In this document: positions 37,797-45,796 of the stretch, piece by piece
Layout: each line of letters starts with the position of its first letter
Numbering within the stretch: position 1 is the stretch's first letter
Source of the DNA: an uncultured Bacteroidota bacterium
GTDB lineage: Bacteria; Bacteroidota; Bacteroidia; Chitinophagales; Chitinophagaceae
Direction: 5' to 3'
Length of the DNA stretch: 64,000 bases
NCBI GenBank assembly: GCA_903878475.1
Contig: CAIRHQ010000004.1
Location: 3,477-67,476, forward strand
Notes under the pieces: model-generated
The model's database searches: none
What the model was told of the DNA's origin: nothing
The model's input: the letters and a program-made list of their open reading frames with translations, nothing else
Made by a program: the position numbers and the translations under genes

Positions 37797-39050
37797 ATGG
37801 GTAAGTTTAATATCAGATACTGGTCCTGCCAGATTTTAGGATGGGGAATATGGGGCGCGATCAATTATTATTTCAGCGTGGTAATTTATGGCGATTGGCT
37901 GAGTAACCTATTTAGCAATGATCCCGAAAAATTACAAAGAGCCAAATTATTGTTTCATGCAGGCACCTTGATCTTTGTGTTATCGGGGATCCTGATCACC
38001 CATATTTTCAGAGCAATTTTAAAAAGGATCGATTGGTTGAAATTTTCACTGGTTAGCATCCTGGTATTTTTTGCAGTCATTGCTTCTGTTTCGGGTATCG
38101 GAATCTATTACCTTGAAAATTTTGTGGAAGCGAAAACCAATCTTTCGATCGATCAATATATCCAGAACCAACGACTCGAGAATGCAAAACTTTCAGAACT
38201 CAAGGCCGGGCTCAGCGAAATAGATTATTATTCTGCCAAAAAAGATTCCCTTACAGAAGACCAAAAAAAATCGGTTGAAACGATCAAACGATCAGGGTGG
38301 AGCAGAAATGCAAAAGGCGAATGGAAACAACAGGCAAGAAGCAATTTGGGTTCCATCTACCAAACCGTTATTTTATCGAGCCTTTGGTTCCTATTATACC
38401 TGTTCTGGCATTTTTTCAACAAGAACAGAAAAGATCAGCTCGACAAACTGAAACTGGAAACAACGGTAAAGGAGCTGGAATTAAAAACGATCAAATCGCA
38501 TATCAATCCGCATTTCATTTTCAATTCACTCAATAGCATACGGGCATTGGTAGACGAAAATCCGGAACGGGCCCGAACGGCCATCACCGAATTGAGCAAT
38601 ATCCTGCGCAGCAGCATGCAGGCCGAAAAATCGGAAACAGTAACCTTGCAGCGGGAACTGGATATTGTAAAAGATTATCTGGCATTGGAACATATGCGTT
38701 TTGAAGAACGCCTCCGTGTCAGCTTCAACATTGCACCCGAAACCCTGAATGCTCCGGTGCCACCCATGATGTTGCAAACCCTGGTTGAAAATGCCATTAA
38801 GCATGGCATCAGTAAGCAGGTTCATGGTGGTGATGTGATCGTTACTTCTTGTTTTAACAACCACAACCTGGAATTGATGGTAAAAAATACCGGATCTCTT
38901 TCAGCCGTGATCAATGAAGATGGATTTGGCATCAAGAGCACGCAAGACAGGCTGAACCTGATGTACCAGGGAAAGGCCGTATTTGAGATCAGGAATACCC
39001 ATGAAGAGATGGTGGAATCAAAAATTACGATACCGCTGCCAACAAATTAA
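37797..39050 (+). CDS. LytS/YehU-family membrane sensor histidine kinase
   Basis: TM helices, H-box INPHFIFNSLNSI, LQTLVENAIKHG and GFGI; upstream of a LytTR regulator. Confidence 0.9.
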   Translation: MGKFNIRYWSCQILGWGIWGAINYYFSVVIYGDWLSNLFSNDPEKLQRAKLLFHAGTLIFVLSGILITHIFRAILKRIDWLKFSLVSILVFFAVIASVSGIGIYYLENFVEAKTNLSIDQYIQNQRLENAKLSELKAGLSEIDYYSAKKDSLTEDQKKSVETIKRSGWSRNAKGEWKQQARSNLGSIYQTVILSSLWFLLYLFWHFFNKNRKDQLDKLKLETTVKELELKTIKSHINPHFIFNSLNSIRALVDENPERARTAITELSNILRSSMQAEKSETVTLQRELDIVKDYLALEHMRFEERLRVSFNIAPETLNAPVPPMMLQTLVENAIKHGISKQVHGGDVIVTSCFNNHNLELMVKNTGSLSAVINEDGFGIKSTQDRLNLMYQGKAVFEIRNTHEEMVESKITIPLPTN

Positions 39051-39074
39051 ATCATACATTAAATCATATAACGC

Positions 39075-39806
39075 ATGCAGAAAGCGATAATCATCGATGA
39101 TGAACGTTTAGCAAGAAATGAACTCAAGAAATTACTGCTCGATTTTCCGGATGTAGAAGTGATCGGTGAAGCAGCCAATGCCACAGAAGGGTTGGAAAAA
39201 ATTGAGAGCCTTTCGCCCGACCTGATCTTTCTCGACATCCAGATGCCGGGTAAAACAGGATTTGATATGCTCACCGAACTAGACAGTGCCCCCCATGTGA
39301 TCTTTACCACTGCCTATGATGAATATGCGTTGAAAGCATTTGAAGTGAATGCGCTCGACTACCTGATGAAACCGGTAGAACCCAAGCGCCTGGCCGATGC
39401 ACTGCAGAAATTGCAACAGGCAGAAGAAAAGGAACTGGCGGCTGCCATGGCCGGCATCAACCGAGGCATACTAACTGAACAGGATCAGGTATTTGTAAAA
39501 GACGGAGAACGTTGCTGGTTTGTAAAACTGGGCGAAGTGCGTTTATTCGAAAGCGTTGGAAATTATGCCAAAGTATTCTTCGGCACCTACAAACCACTGA
39601 TCTTAAAATCGCTGAATGCGCTGGAAGAAAGACTGGATGAAAAAGTTTTCTTCCGTGCCAATCGAAAACATATTGTAAACTTGCGCATGATAGAAAAGAT
39701 TGAACCCTACTTCAATGGAGGGTTACTCCTTGAACTGCATGGCGGAGAGAAAGTAGAAGTCAGCAGAAGGCAGGCCGTAAAATTCAAAGAAATGATGAGT
39801 TTATAA
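39075..39806 (+). CDS. LytTR-family response regulator
   Basis: IIDDERLAR, FLDIQMPG, FTTAYD and FFRANRKHIVN, VSRR. Confidence 0.93.
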   Translation: MQKAIIIDDERLARNELKKLLLDFPDVEVIGEAANATEGLEKIESLSPDLIFLDIQMPGKTGFDMLTELDSAPHVIFTTAYDEYALKAFEVNALDYLMKPVEPKRLADALQKLQQAEEKELAAAMAGINRGILTEQDQVFVKDGERCWFVKLGEVRLFESVGNYAKVFFGTYKPLILKSLNALEERLDEKVFFRANRKHIVNLRMIEKIEPYFNGGLLLELHGGEKVEVSRRQAVKFKEMMSL

Positions 39807-39829
39807 ATTTCATCCATCAAAAAATATAC

Positions 39830-41116
39830 ATGAAGAAATTATTATTGATTGTTGCAACAGGCTGTATCAGCCTGTTTTCTTTTGGCCAGAACATCAACGA
39901 ACTGATCAATGCCACAGAAGTGGAGAGAATTGAAAGAACACTTTCGGCCGACGATATGCTGGGCAGGAAACCCTTCACCCCAAGTATCGACAAGGCAGCT
40001 GATTTTATAGCCAGTGAATTTGCCAAAAGCAAACTGAAATGGTATGGCAATAACAAGTCTTATTTTCAGGAATTCAGCATGGTGAAAGCAAAGCCGGTGG
40101 AGATCATTGGCATGCTCGATAATGACTCATTGAATAGTACAAACGTAGCTGTTAATACCACATCTGCTGAGATCAATATTCAATCCTTAAAAGATTTTGA
40201 AGTAGTGCTGGTGAACAAAGATGATGATTTTTCTAAGATCGTTTTTCCGCTGTTCGATATCCCAAAAAATTTATTGATCCTGGTGGATACTGCTCATGCA
40301 CGCCGTTTTAAAGGCATGCAGCGATTTGGAGGGAACGCAAAATTCCCTTCCCATGTGTCGCAGGTTTTTGTACTCACTGCTCATCTGCACCCGAATAGTT
40401 TTCAACTGCATATCAAAAACCAGATCAGTGCACAATACTTAAAAAATGTAGTGGGTGTGTTGCCCGGCAAGTCTAAAAAAACTGAGACCGTTGTCTTTTC
40501 GGGACATTATGATCATCTGGGTGTTGGTAAACCCAATAAGGACCAGGACAGTATTTACAATGGTGCCAACGACGATGCGGCCGGAACTACGGCGGTGATC
40601 ATGCTGGCCAACTATTTCAGCAAACTGAAGAACAATGAACGTACCCTTATTTTTGTGGCCTTTACAGCAGAAGAGATGGGTGGTTTTGGAAGCCGGTATT
40701 TTAGTCAGCAGGAAAATGCCGACAGTGTAATGGCGCTTTTCAATATTGAAATGATCGGCACCGAAAGCAAATGGGGAACCAATAGTGCCTATATCACCGG
40801 TTATGAAAAATCAGATATGGGAAAGATCCTGCAGGCCAACCTGATCAATTCTCAATTTCATTTTGAACCTGACCCCTATCCCACACAAAATCTTTTTTAC
40901 CGGAGCGACAATGCAACCCTGGCTGCACTGGGCGTTCCTGCCCATACCATTTCCACATCGAAGATGGACAGCGAAAAATTCTATCATACGCAAGAAGATG
41001 AAATTGAAACGCTCGACATGAATAATATGGCAGAGATCATCAAGGCCATTGCCATGAGCAGCCAAAGCATCATCAGTGGAAAAGACACACCGAGCAGGGT
41101 AGAAAAAATGAAATAG
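39830..41116 (+). CDS. M28 family metallopeptidase
   Basis: SGHYDHLG, NGANDDAAG, AEEMG, RSDN and YHT; signal peptide. Confidence 0.9.
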   Translation: MKKLLLIVATGCISLFSFGQNINELINATEVERIERTLSADDMLGRKPFTPSIDKAADFIASEFAKSKLKWYGNNKSYFQEFSMVKAKPVEIIGMLDNDSLNSTNVAVNTTSAEINIQSLKDFEVVLVNKDDDFSKIVFPLFDIPKNLLILVDTAHARRFKGMQRFGGNAKFPSHVSQVFVLTAHLHPNSFQLHIKNQISAQYLKNVVGVLPGKSKKTETVVFSGHYDHLGVGKPNKDQDSIYNGANDDAAGTTAVIMLANYFSKLKNNERTLIFVAFTAEEMGGFGSRYFSQQENADSVMALFNIEMIGTESKWGTNSAYITGYEKSDMGKILQANLINSQFHFEPDPYPTQNLFYRSDNATLAALGVPAHTISTSKMDSEKFYHTQEDEIETLDMNNMAEIIKAIAMSSQSIISGKDTPSRVEKMK

Positions 41117-41140
41117 GAAAGATTTGTCTGGCTGAAAAAA

Positions 41141-41902
41141 CTAAGAATTTACCGGCACGCTATGAATGGCAGCAGCCATTTCTGCGATCAATGAACTATC
41201 TTTTTCGATGGCATTACCGATCACGATCACATCGGCCCCGGCTTTGCAATTGAGATAGGCTTTTTCGGGTTCAAGAATACCGCCACCCACGATCAGGGGC
41301 ACTTCTATGGCAGCGGCCACTTTCGCGATCATAGTTTCAGCGATCGGTCTGCGGGCACCACTTCCTGCATCCATATAAATGAGTTTCATGCCCAACATCT
41401 CGCCAGCCATGGCGGTGCAAACTGCGATCTCATTTTTATCTGCAGGAATAGGTGCTGCATTTGAAATATAAGAAACAGTGGTAGGGGCACCACCATCAAT
41501 GACCATATAGCCAGTGGGCATGATCTCTAATCCACTTTGTTTGATGACCGCAGCAGAAACCACATGCTGACCGATCAGCAGATCTGCATTTCTTCCGCTG
41601 ATCAGCGACAGGTACAATAATGCATCGGCATGTTTACTGATCTGCGAAGGTGAACCGGGAAATAAGATGGCAGGGATATCACAATTGTGCTTAATATATT
41701 GCACACACTCATCAATGTAATCGGAAACCACCAGGCTTCCGCCAACCAAGAAATAATCTATTTTGGCATCCACGGCCAGTTTGATCAATTGCTCCATAGA
41801 ACCCTCATTCACCTTATCAGGATCGATCAATACAGCAAAAGATTTTTTTCCCTGCTGCTTACGCGTTGTCAATGAGTGATAAATACCGTTATCTTTTTTC
41901 AT
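41141..41902 (-). CDS. Group II geranylgeranylglyceryl phosphate synthase family protein
   Basis: AVLIDPDK, LVGGS, LFPGS, LSLISGRN, YMDAGSGA and VGGGI TIM-barrel motifs. Confidence 0.9.
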   Translation of the reverse strand: MKKDNGIYHSLTTRKQQGKKSFAVLIDPDKVNEGSMEQLIKLAVDAKIDYFLVGGSLVVSDYIDECVQYIKHNCDIPAILFPGSPSQISKHADALLYLSLISGRNADLLIGQHVVSAAVIKQSGLEIMPTGYMVIDGGAPTTVSYISNAAPIPADKNEIAVCTAMAGEMLGMKLIYMDAGSGARRPIAETMIAKVAAAIEVPLIVGGGILEPEKAYLNCKAGADVIVIGNAIEKDSSLIAEMAAAIHSVPVNS

Positions 41903-41996
41903 ATGGCTGTTATCGCAAAGGTAAAAAAAACGTTGGTACCCCGTTCATAAAAACAAATAACCTGTTTACTAAGGGATATTGGCTGAATTTTATACC

Positions 41997-42004
41997 TAAT
42001 TTTG
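41997..42004 (+). promoter_or_regulatory. -7 promoter element TAATTTTG just before arfB
   Basis: Exact TAnnTTTG; ATGs lie 2 and 5 nt downstream. Confidence 0.6.
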
Positions 42005-42009
42005 ATATG

Positions 42010-42411
42010 ATGACCGATATTTCAGGTGAAATAAAATTCAAGACCGCCAGAAGTGGGGGTAAAGGTGGCCAACACGTGAATAAAGTGGAAACCATGGTAG
42101 AGGGATATTGGCAGGTGGCTAACAGCAAACTCTTCAACGATGAAGAAAAAACACGCATCGCTGAAAAACTATCCAACAAGATCAATCTGGGCGGCTTCTT
42201 ATTGGTAAAAAGCCAATCGGATCGCAGCCAGCTGGGCAATAAGGAACTGGTACTAAAAAAAATGAATGCGCTGATTCAAAAAGCATTGTTGGTACCCAAA
42301 AAAAGAAAACCTACTAAAATTTCGAAATTAGCCAAACAGAAAACACTGGATGCTAAAAAAAGAACCGGGGCATTGAAAAAAGACCGGAGAAAAATAAGCG
42401 GAAATGAATAA
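42010..42411 (+). CDS. arfB: Alternative ribosome rescue peptidyl-tRNA hydrolase ArfB
   Basis: ARSGGKGGQHVNKVET (GGQ), RSQLGNK and a basic tail RKPTK...KK; start at 42007 or 42010. Confidence 0.92.
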   Translation: MTDISGEIKFKTARSGGKGGQHVNKVETMVEGYWQVANSKLFNDEEKTRIAEKLSNKINLGGFLLVKSQSDRSQLGNKELVLKKMNALIQKALLVPKKRKPTKISKLAKQKTLDAKKRTGALKKDRRKISGNE

Positions 42412-43144
42412 TACAAATAAATGGCTCATTGTGATTTTGGCAATATTGCTATGTCAACAGGTGATGGCACAAAACAATCAGACCCAAAATAACCAGGGCA
42501 CGATCACGCTATCATTTATTCCTAACGTTGCCGGAAAACCGCTGGTGCTGAACGATTCCAGTTATACCAATCCTTTTGATGAAATATACCAGATCAGTAA
42601 ATTCAGGTTTTATGTAAGTCAGGTAAGTGCAAAGGATAAACAGCGTTCACAGAAAGAGAAAAATAGTTACCATTTGATCGACGCGGCAGATCCCGCATCA
42701 TTACAATTTAGTTTTTCTTTGAAGCCGGGCAAGTACAATTCGATTGATTTTTTATTGGGTGTTGATAGTGTAAGAAATTTCAGTGGCGCACAAACTGGTG
42801 AGTTGGATCCTGTAAAAAATATGTTCTGGACCTGGAACAGCGGCTATGTAATGCTGAAACTGGAAGGAAGATCAACCGCATCAACCGCATTGAATAATCG
42901 CATAGAATATCATATTGGCGGATATTCCGGGGCGTTCAATACCATTAAAAAGATCCACCTGGATGCGAATTTTGAAATTGTGGCCGGAAAATCTGTTTCG
43001 TTACCAATAAAAACGGACATCAATACCCTATGGCAGGGTGCCCACGATATCCGTATTGCCGCATCACCGGTTTGTGCCATACCCTGTGCACTGGCAATGC
43101 AAATTGCCGATAACTACAGTAAAATGTTCAGCATTATAAAATAA
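42404..43144 (+). CDS. mbnP: MbnP family protein
   Basis: KFRFYVS, FLLGVDS, DPVKNMFWTWNSGY (WxW), KLEG and YHIGG; signal peptide; directly upstream of a di-heme peroxidase. Confidence 0.8.
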   Translation: MNNTNKWLIVILAILLCQQVMAQNNQTQNNQGTITLSFIPNVAGKPLVLNDSSYTNPFDEIYQISKFRFYVSQVSAKDKQRSQKEKNSYHLIDAADPASLQFSFSLKPGKYNSIDFLLGVDSVRNFSGAQTGELDPVKNMFWTWNSGYVMLKLEGRSTASTALNNRIEYHIGGYSGAFNTIKKIHLDANFEIVAGKSVSLPIKTDINTLWQGAHDIRIAASPVCAIPCALAMQIADNYSKMFSIIK

Positions 43145-43149
43145 AGCGC

Positions 43150-44193
43150 ATGCGGAAAATATCCATCCTTGTATTATTCGTTGGTTTAGTGTGGATGGCA
43201 GGATTTTTTATGAGCGCAGGCAAACATGAAGGACCCTGGAAACCTACTTACCTCTCTTTTAATATTCCGGCCGGATGGCCCAAACCACCCAAGGATATTT
43301 TTATCAGCAACAGGTTAACAGAGGAAGGATTTCAACTCGGGAAAAAATTATTTTATGATGGTCGCCTGAGTAAGGATGGAAATTTTGCCTGTGCCACCTG
43401 TCACCAACAATATGCCGCCTTTGCAAATTACGATCATGATTTCAGCCATGGTTTCAATAATGCATTTACCAAAAGGAATGCTCCGCCCCTGTTCAATCTG
43501 GCCTGGATGCCTTTGCTGCATTGGGATGGAGCCATCAACCACTTGGAAGTTCAACCACTCGGTCCGATCACCTCAACCATTGAAATGGCTGAACAAATTG
43601 ATAGCGTATTGTTCAAATTGAAAAAAGACAGCGCTTACCGTCGCATGTTCAAAGCTGCTTTTGGAGATGCCACGATCAATAGCCAGCGACTCCTAAAAGC
43701 AATTGCACAATTCACCGGCACCATCATTTCTGCGGGTTCTAAATATGATAAGGTACAGCGGGGAGAAGCCAGTTTTACCCCATCAGAACAAAATGGTTAC
43801 CAGTTGTTCAAAACAAAATGTTCGGGATGCCATCCGGAGCCGCTGTTCACTGATTATTCTTTTCGCAACAATGGCTTGTCGGTAAATAAATTATTGAACG
43901 ACTCTGGCAGGATGAGGATCACGAGAGACAACAAAGACTCCTTGAAATTTAAAGTACCCAGTCTGCGCAATGTAGCGATCAGCTTTCCGTACATGCACGA
44001 CGGCAGATTTTTTTCGCTGGGCGAAGTGATCGATCATTACAGAACCGGCATTGTTACCGCACAGCCCAGTTTGGATAGTCTGCTGAAAAAAAGGATCCCA
44101 CTGACCAATATGGAAAAGAATAACCTCATCTTTTTTTTACATACTTTAACAGACAGTACACTCACCCATAACCCCCGCTTTGCGGTACATTGA
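43150..44193 (+). CDS. mbnH: MbnH-like di-heme cytochrome c peroxidase
   Basis: CATCH and CSGCH, RNAPPL, HWDG, FKVPSLRNVAISFPYMHDG; 5 nt after mbnP. Confidence 0.78.
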   Translation: MRKISILVLFVGLVWMAGFFMSAGKHEGPWKPTYLSFNIPAGWPKPPKDIFISNRLTEEGFQLGKKLFYDGRLSKDGNFACATCHQQYAAFANYDHDFSHGFNNAFTKRNAPPLFNLAWMPLLHWDGAINHLEVQPLGPITSTIEMAEQIDSVLFKLKKDSAYRRMFKAAFGDATINSQRLLKAIAQFTGTIISAGSKYDKVQRGEASFTPSEQNGYQLFKTKCSGCHPEPLFTDYSFRNNGLSVNKLLNDSGRMRITRDNKDSLKFKVPSLRNVAISFPYMHDGRFFSLGEVIDHYRTGIVTAQPSLDSLLKKRIPLTNMEKNNLIFFLHTLTDSTLTHNPRFAVH

Positions 44194-44272
44194 TAATTTT
44201 AGTGTAAACCCTGATCAATCATTCCATATTGTGAATGATAAAAAGTAAATTTGAATTATAAATAACCAGGTA

Positions 44273-45796
44273 TTGAGTAGTATTAAAAAATTAGCGGGAC
44301 AAACCATTTGGTATGGCGTAAGTTCCATTGCCGCCAGGTTTATCAATTACCTGCTCACGCCGCTGCTCACGTACAACCTTGCCCATACCAGCGATTATGG
44401 CAAAATGGGACTTATCTATTCGGCCATTCCCATTTTGAATGTGATCTTCACCTATGGTTTTGAAACGGCTTATTTCCGATTTGCCTCAAAACCGGAATAC
44501 AAGAACACGATTTATAATACGGCCACGATCTCTATTTTTATTTCTACCCTTTTGCTTACGGCTTTGTTATGGATCAATCAACAAATATTTGGTCATATCA
44601 TCAGCCTGGATGCCTATCCGCAGATCATTCAACTCAGTATTTTCATCATTGCATTGGATGCACTGAGCACAATACCTTTTGCTCGACTAAGAGAACAGGG
44701 AAGGCCTAAAAAATTTGCATTCATTAAGATCACCAGTATCCTCACCAATATTTTGTTCACCTGGTTCTTCATCAGGTACTGCCCAATGCATCTGCAACAA
44801 GATCCGGCCAGTTGGGTAGGAACATTTTATGATCCCAATACCAATCCGATTGTATATGTGATACTGGCCAACCTGATACAATCGGCCATTACCATAGTAT
44901 TGCTTGCCGGTGAATTCTCGAGCATCCGTTTTCATTTTGATGCTAAGTTGTGGAAACAGATGATGATCTACTCAATGCCACTGGTGATCGCGGGTATGGC
45001 GGGTATGATCAATGAAACCTTCGACAGATTGATGCTGGTTTGGTGGCTTCCCGGCACAGCAGAATTCAAGGAAGAACAAGTGGGCATCTATAATGCCTGT
45101 TATAAATTATCAATTCTGATCACTTTATTTATTCAGGCATTCAGACTGGGCGCGGAACCCTTTTTCTTTAAACAGGCGGAAGGGCAACATCCGCAGCGTA
45201 CATACGCCCGCGTGATGAAATTTTTTGTGATCATCATTTCGGTGATGTTCCTGGTGGTGAGCCTGTTCATTCCCATCTGGAAACATTTTATTGGGCCCAA
45301 TTACTGGTCGGGATTGGGTGTAGTACCCATTCTCTTATTGGCCAATATGTTCCTGGGGATTTATTATAATCTTTCCATCTGGTATAAATTATCGCATAAG
45401 ACCATGGCTGGAGCATGGATCACACTGGTGGGGGTATCCGTAACCTTTGTGATCAATTATTTCTTTATTCCGCAATTCAGTTATATGGCCTGTGCCTGGG
45501 CCACTTTTGCCTGTTATGGCAGCATGATGCTGATCTCATTTTTGTGGGGACAAAAAGCTTACCGGATCCCTTATGCCTGGAAAAAACTTACGGCCTATAT
45601 GGTCATCGCGGTATTGATCTTCTTTTTACACTGGGGCATTACCAGCTTATCTGATAATCGAATGGTTGATCTCGTTTCTGCCTTATTGTTAGTTGCAGGT
45701 TACAGTCTTTTTATAGCTCGGATAGAAAAAAGAGAGCTCGCCAAACTTCCGGTGATCGGAAAATATTTTCATCACCATGCTACCCCTAAAGATTAA
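44273..45796 (+). CDS. Polysaccharide biosynthesis flippase-like membrane protein (Wzx/MOP superfamily)
   Basis: LAGQTIWYG, YGFETAYFRF, FIQAFRLGAEPFFF; about 14 TM segments; TTG start. Confidence 0.85.
   Translation: MSSIKKLAGQTIWYGVSSIAARFINYLLTPLLTYNLAHTSDYGKMGLIYSAIPILNVIFTYGFETAYFRFASKPEYKNTIYNTATISIFISTLLLTALLWINQQIFGHIISLDAYPQIIQLSIFIIALDALSTIPFARLREQGRPKKFAFIKITSILTNILFTWFFIRYCPMHLQQDPASWVGTFYDPNTNPIVYVILANLIQSAITIVLLAGEFSSIRFHFDAKLWKQMMIYSMPLVIAGMAGMINETFDRLMLVWWLPGTAEFKEEQVGIYNACYKLSILITLFIQAFRLGAEPFFFKQAEGQHPQRTYARVMKFFVIIISVMFLVVSLFIPIWKHFIGPNYWSGLGVVPILLLANMFLGIYYNLSIWYKLSHKTMAGAWITLVGVSVTFVINYFFIPQFSYMACAWATFACYGSMMLISFLWGQKAYRIPYAWKKLTAYMVIAVLIFFLHWGITSLSDNRMVDLVSALLLVAGYSLFIARIEKRELAKLPVIGKYFHHHATPKD

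Noticed and set aside
42860-42880. 9-nt tandem repeat TCAACCGCA x2 in mbnP
   Set aside because: In frame, two copies only (STA-STA); not a phase-variation tract.
44217-44238. 7-bp inverted repeat ATCATTC-N8-GAATGAT before the flippase gene
   Set aside because: Short and AT-rich; expected by chance in an intergenic region.
45793-45796. Overlapping stop codons (TTAA) of the convergent flippase and phosphoesterase genes
   Set aside because: Common compact arrangement with no sign of function.
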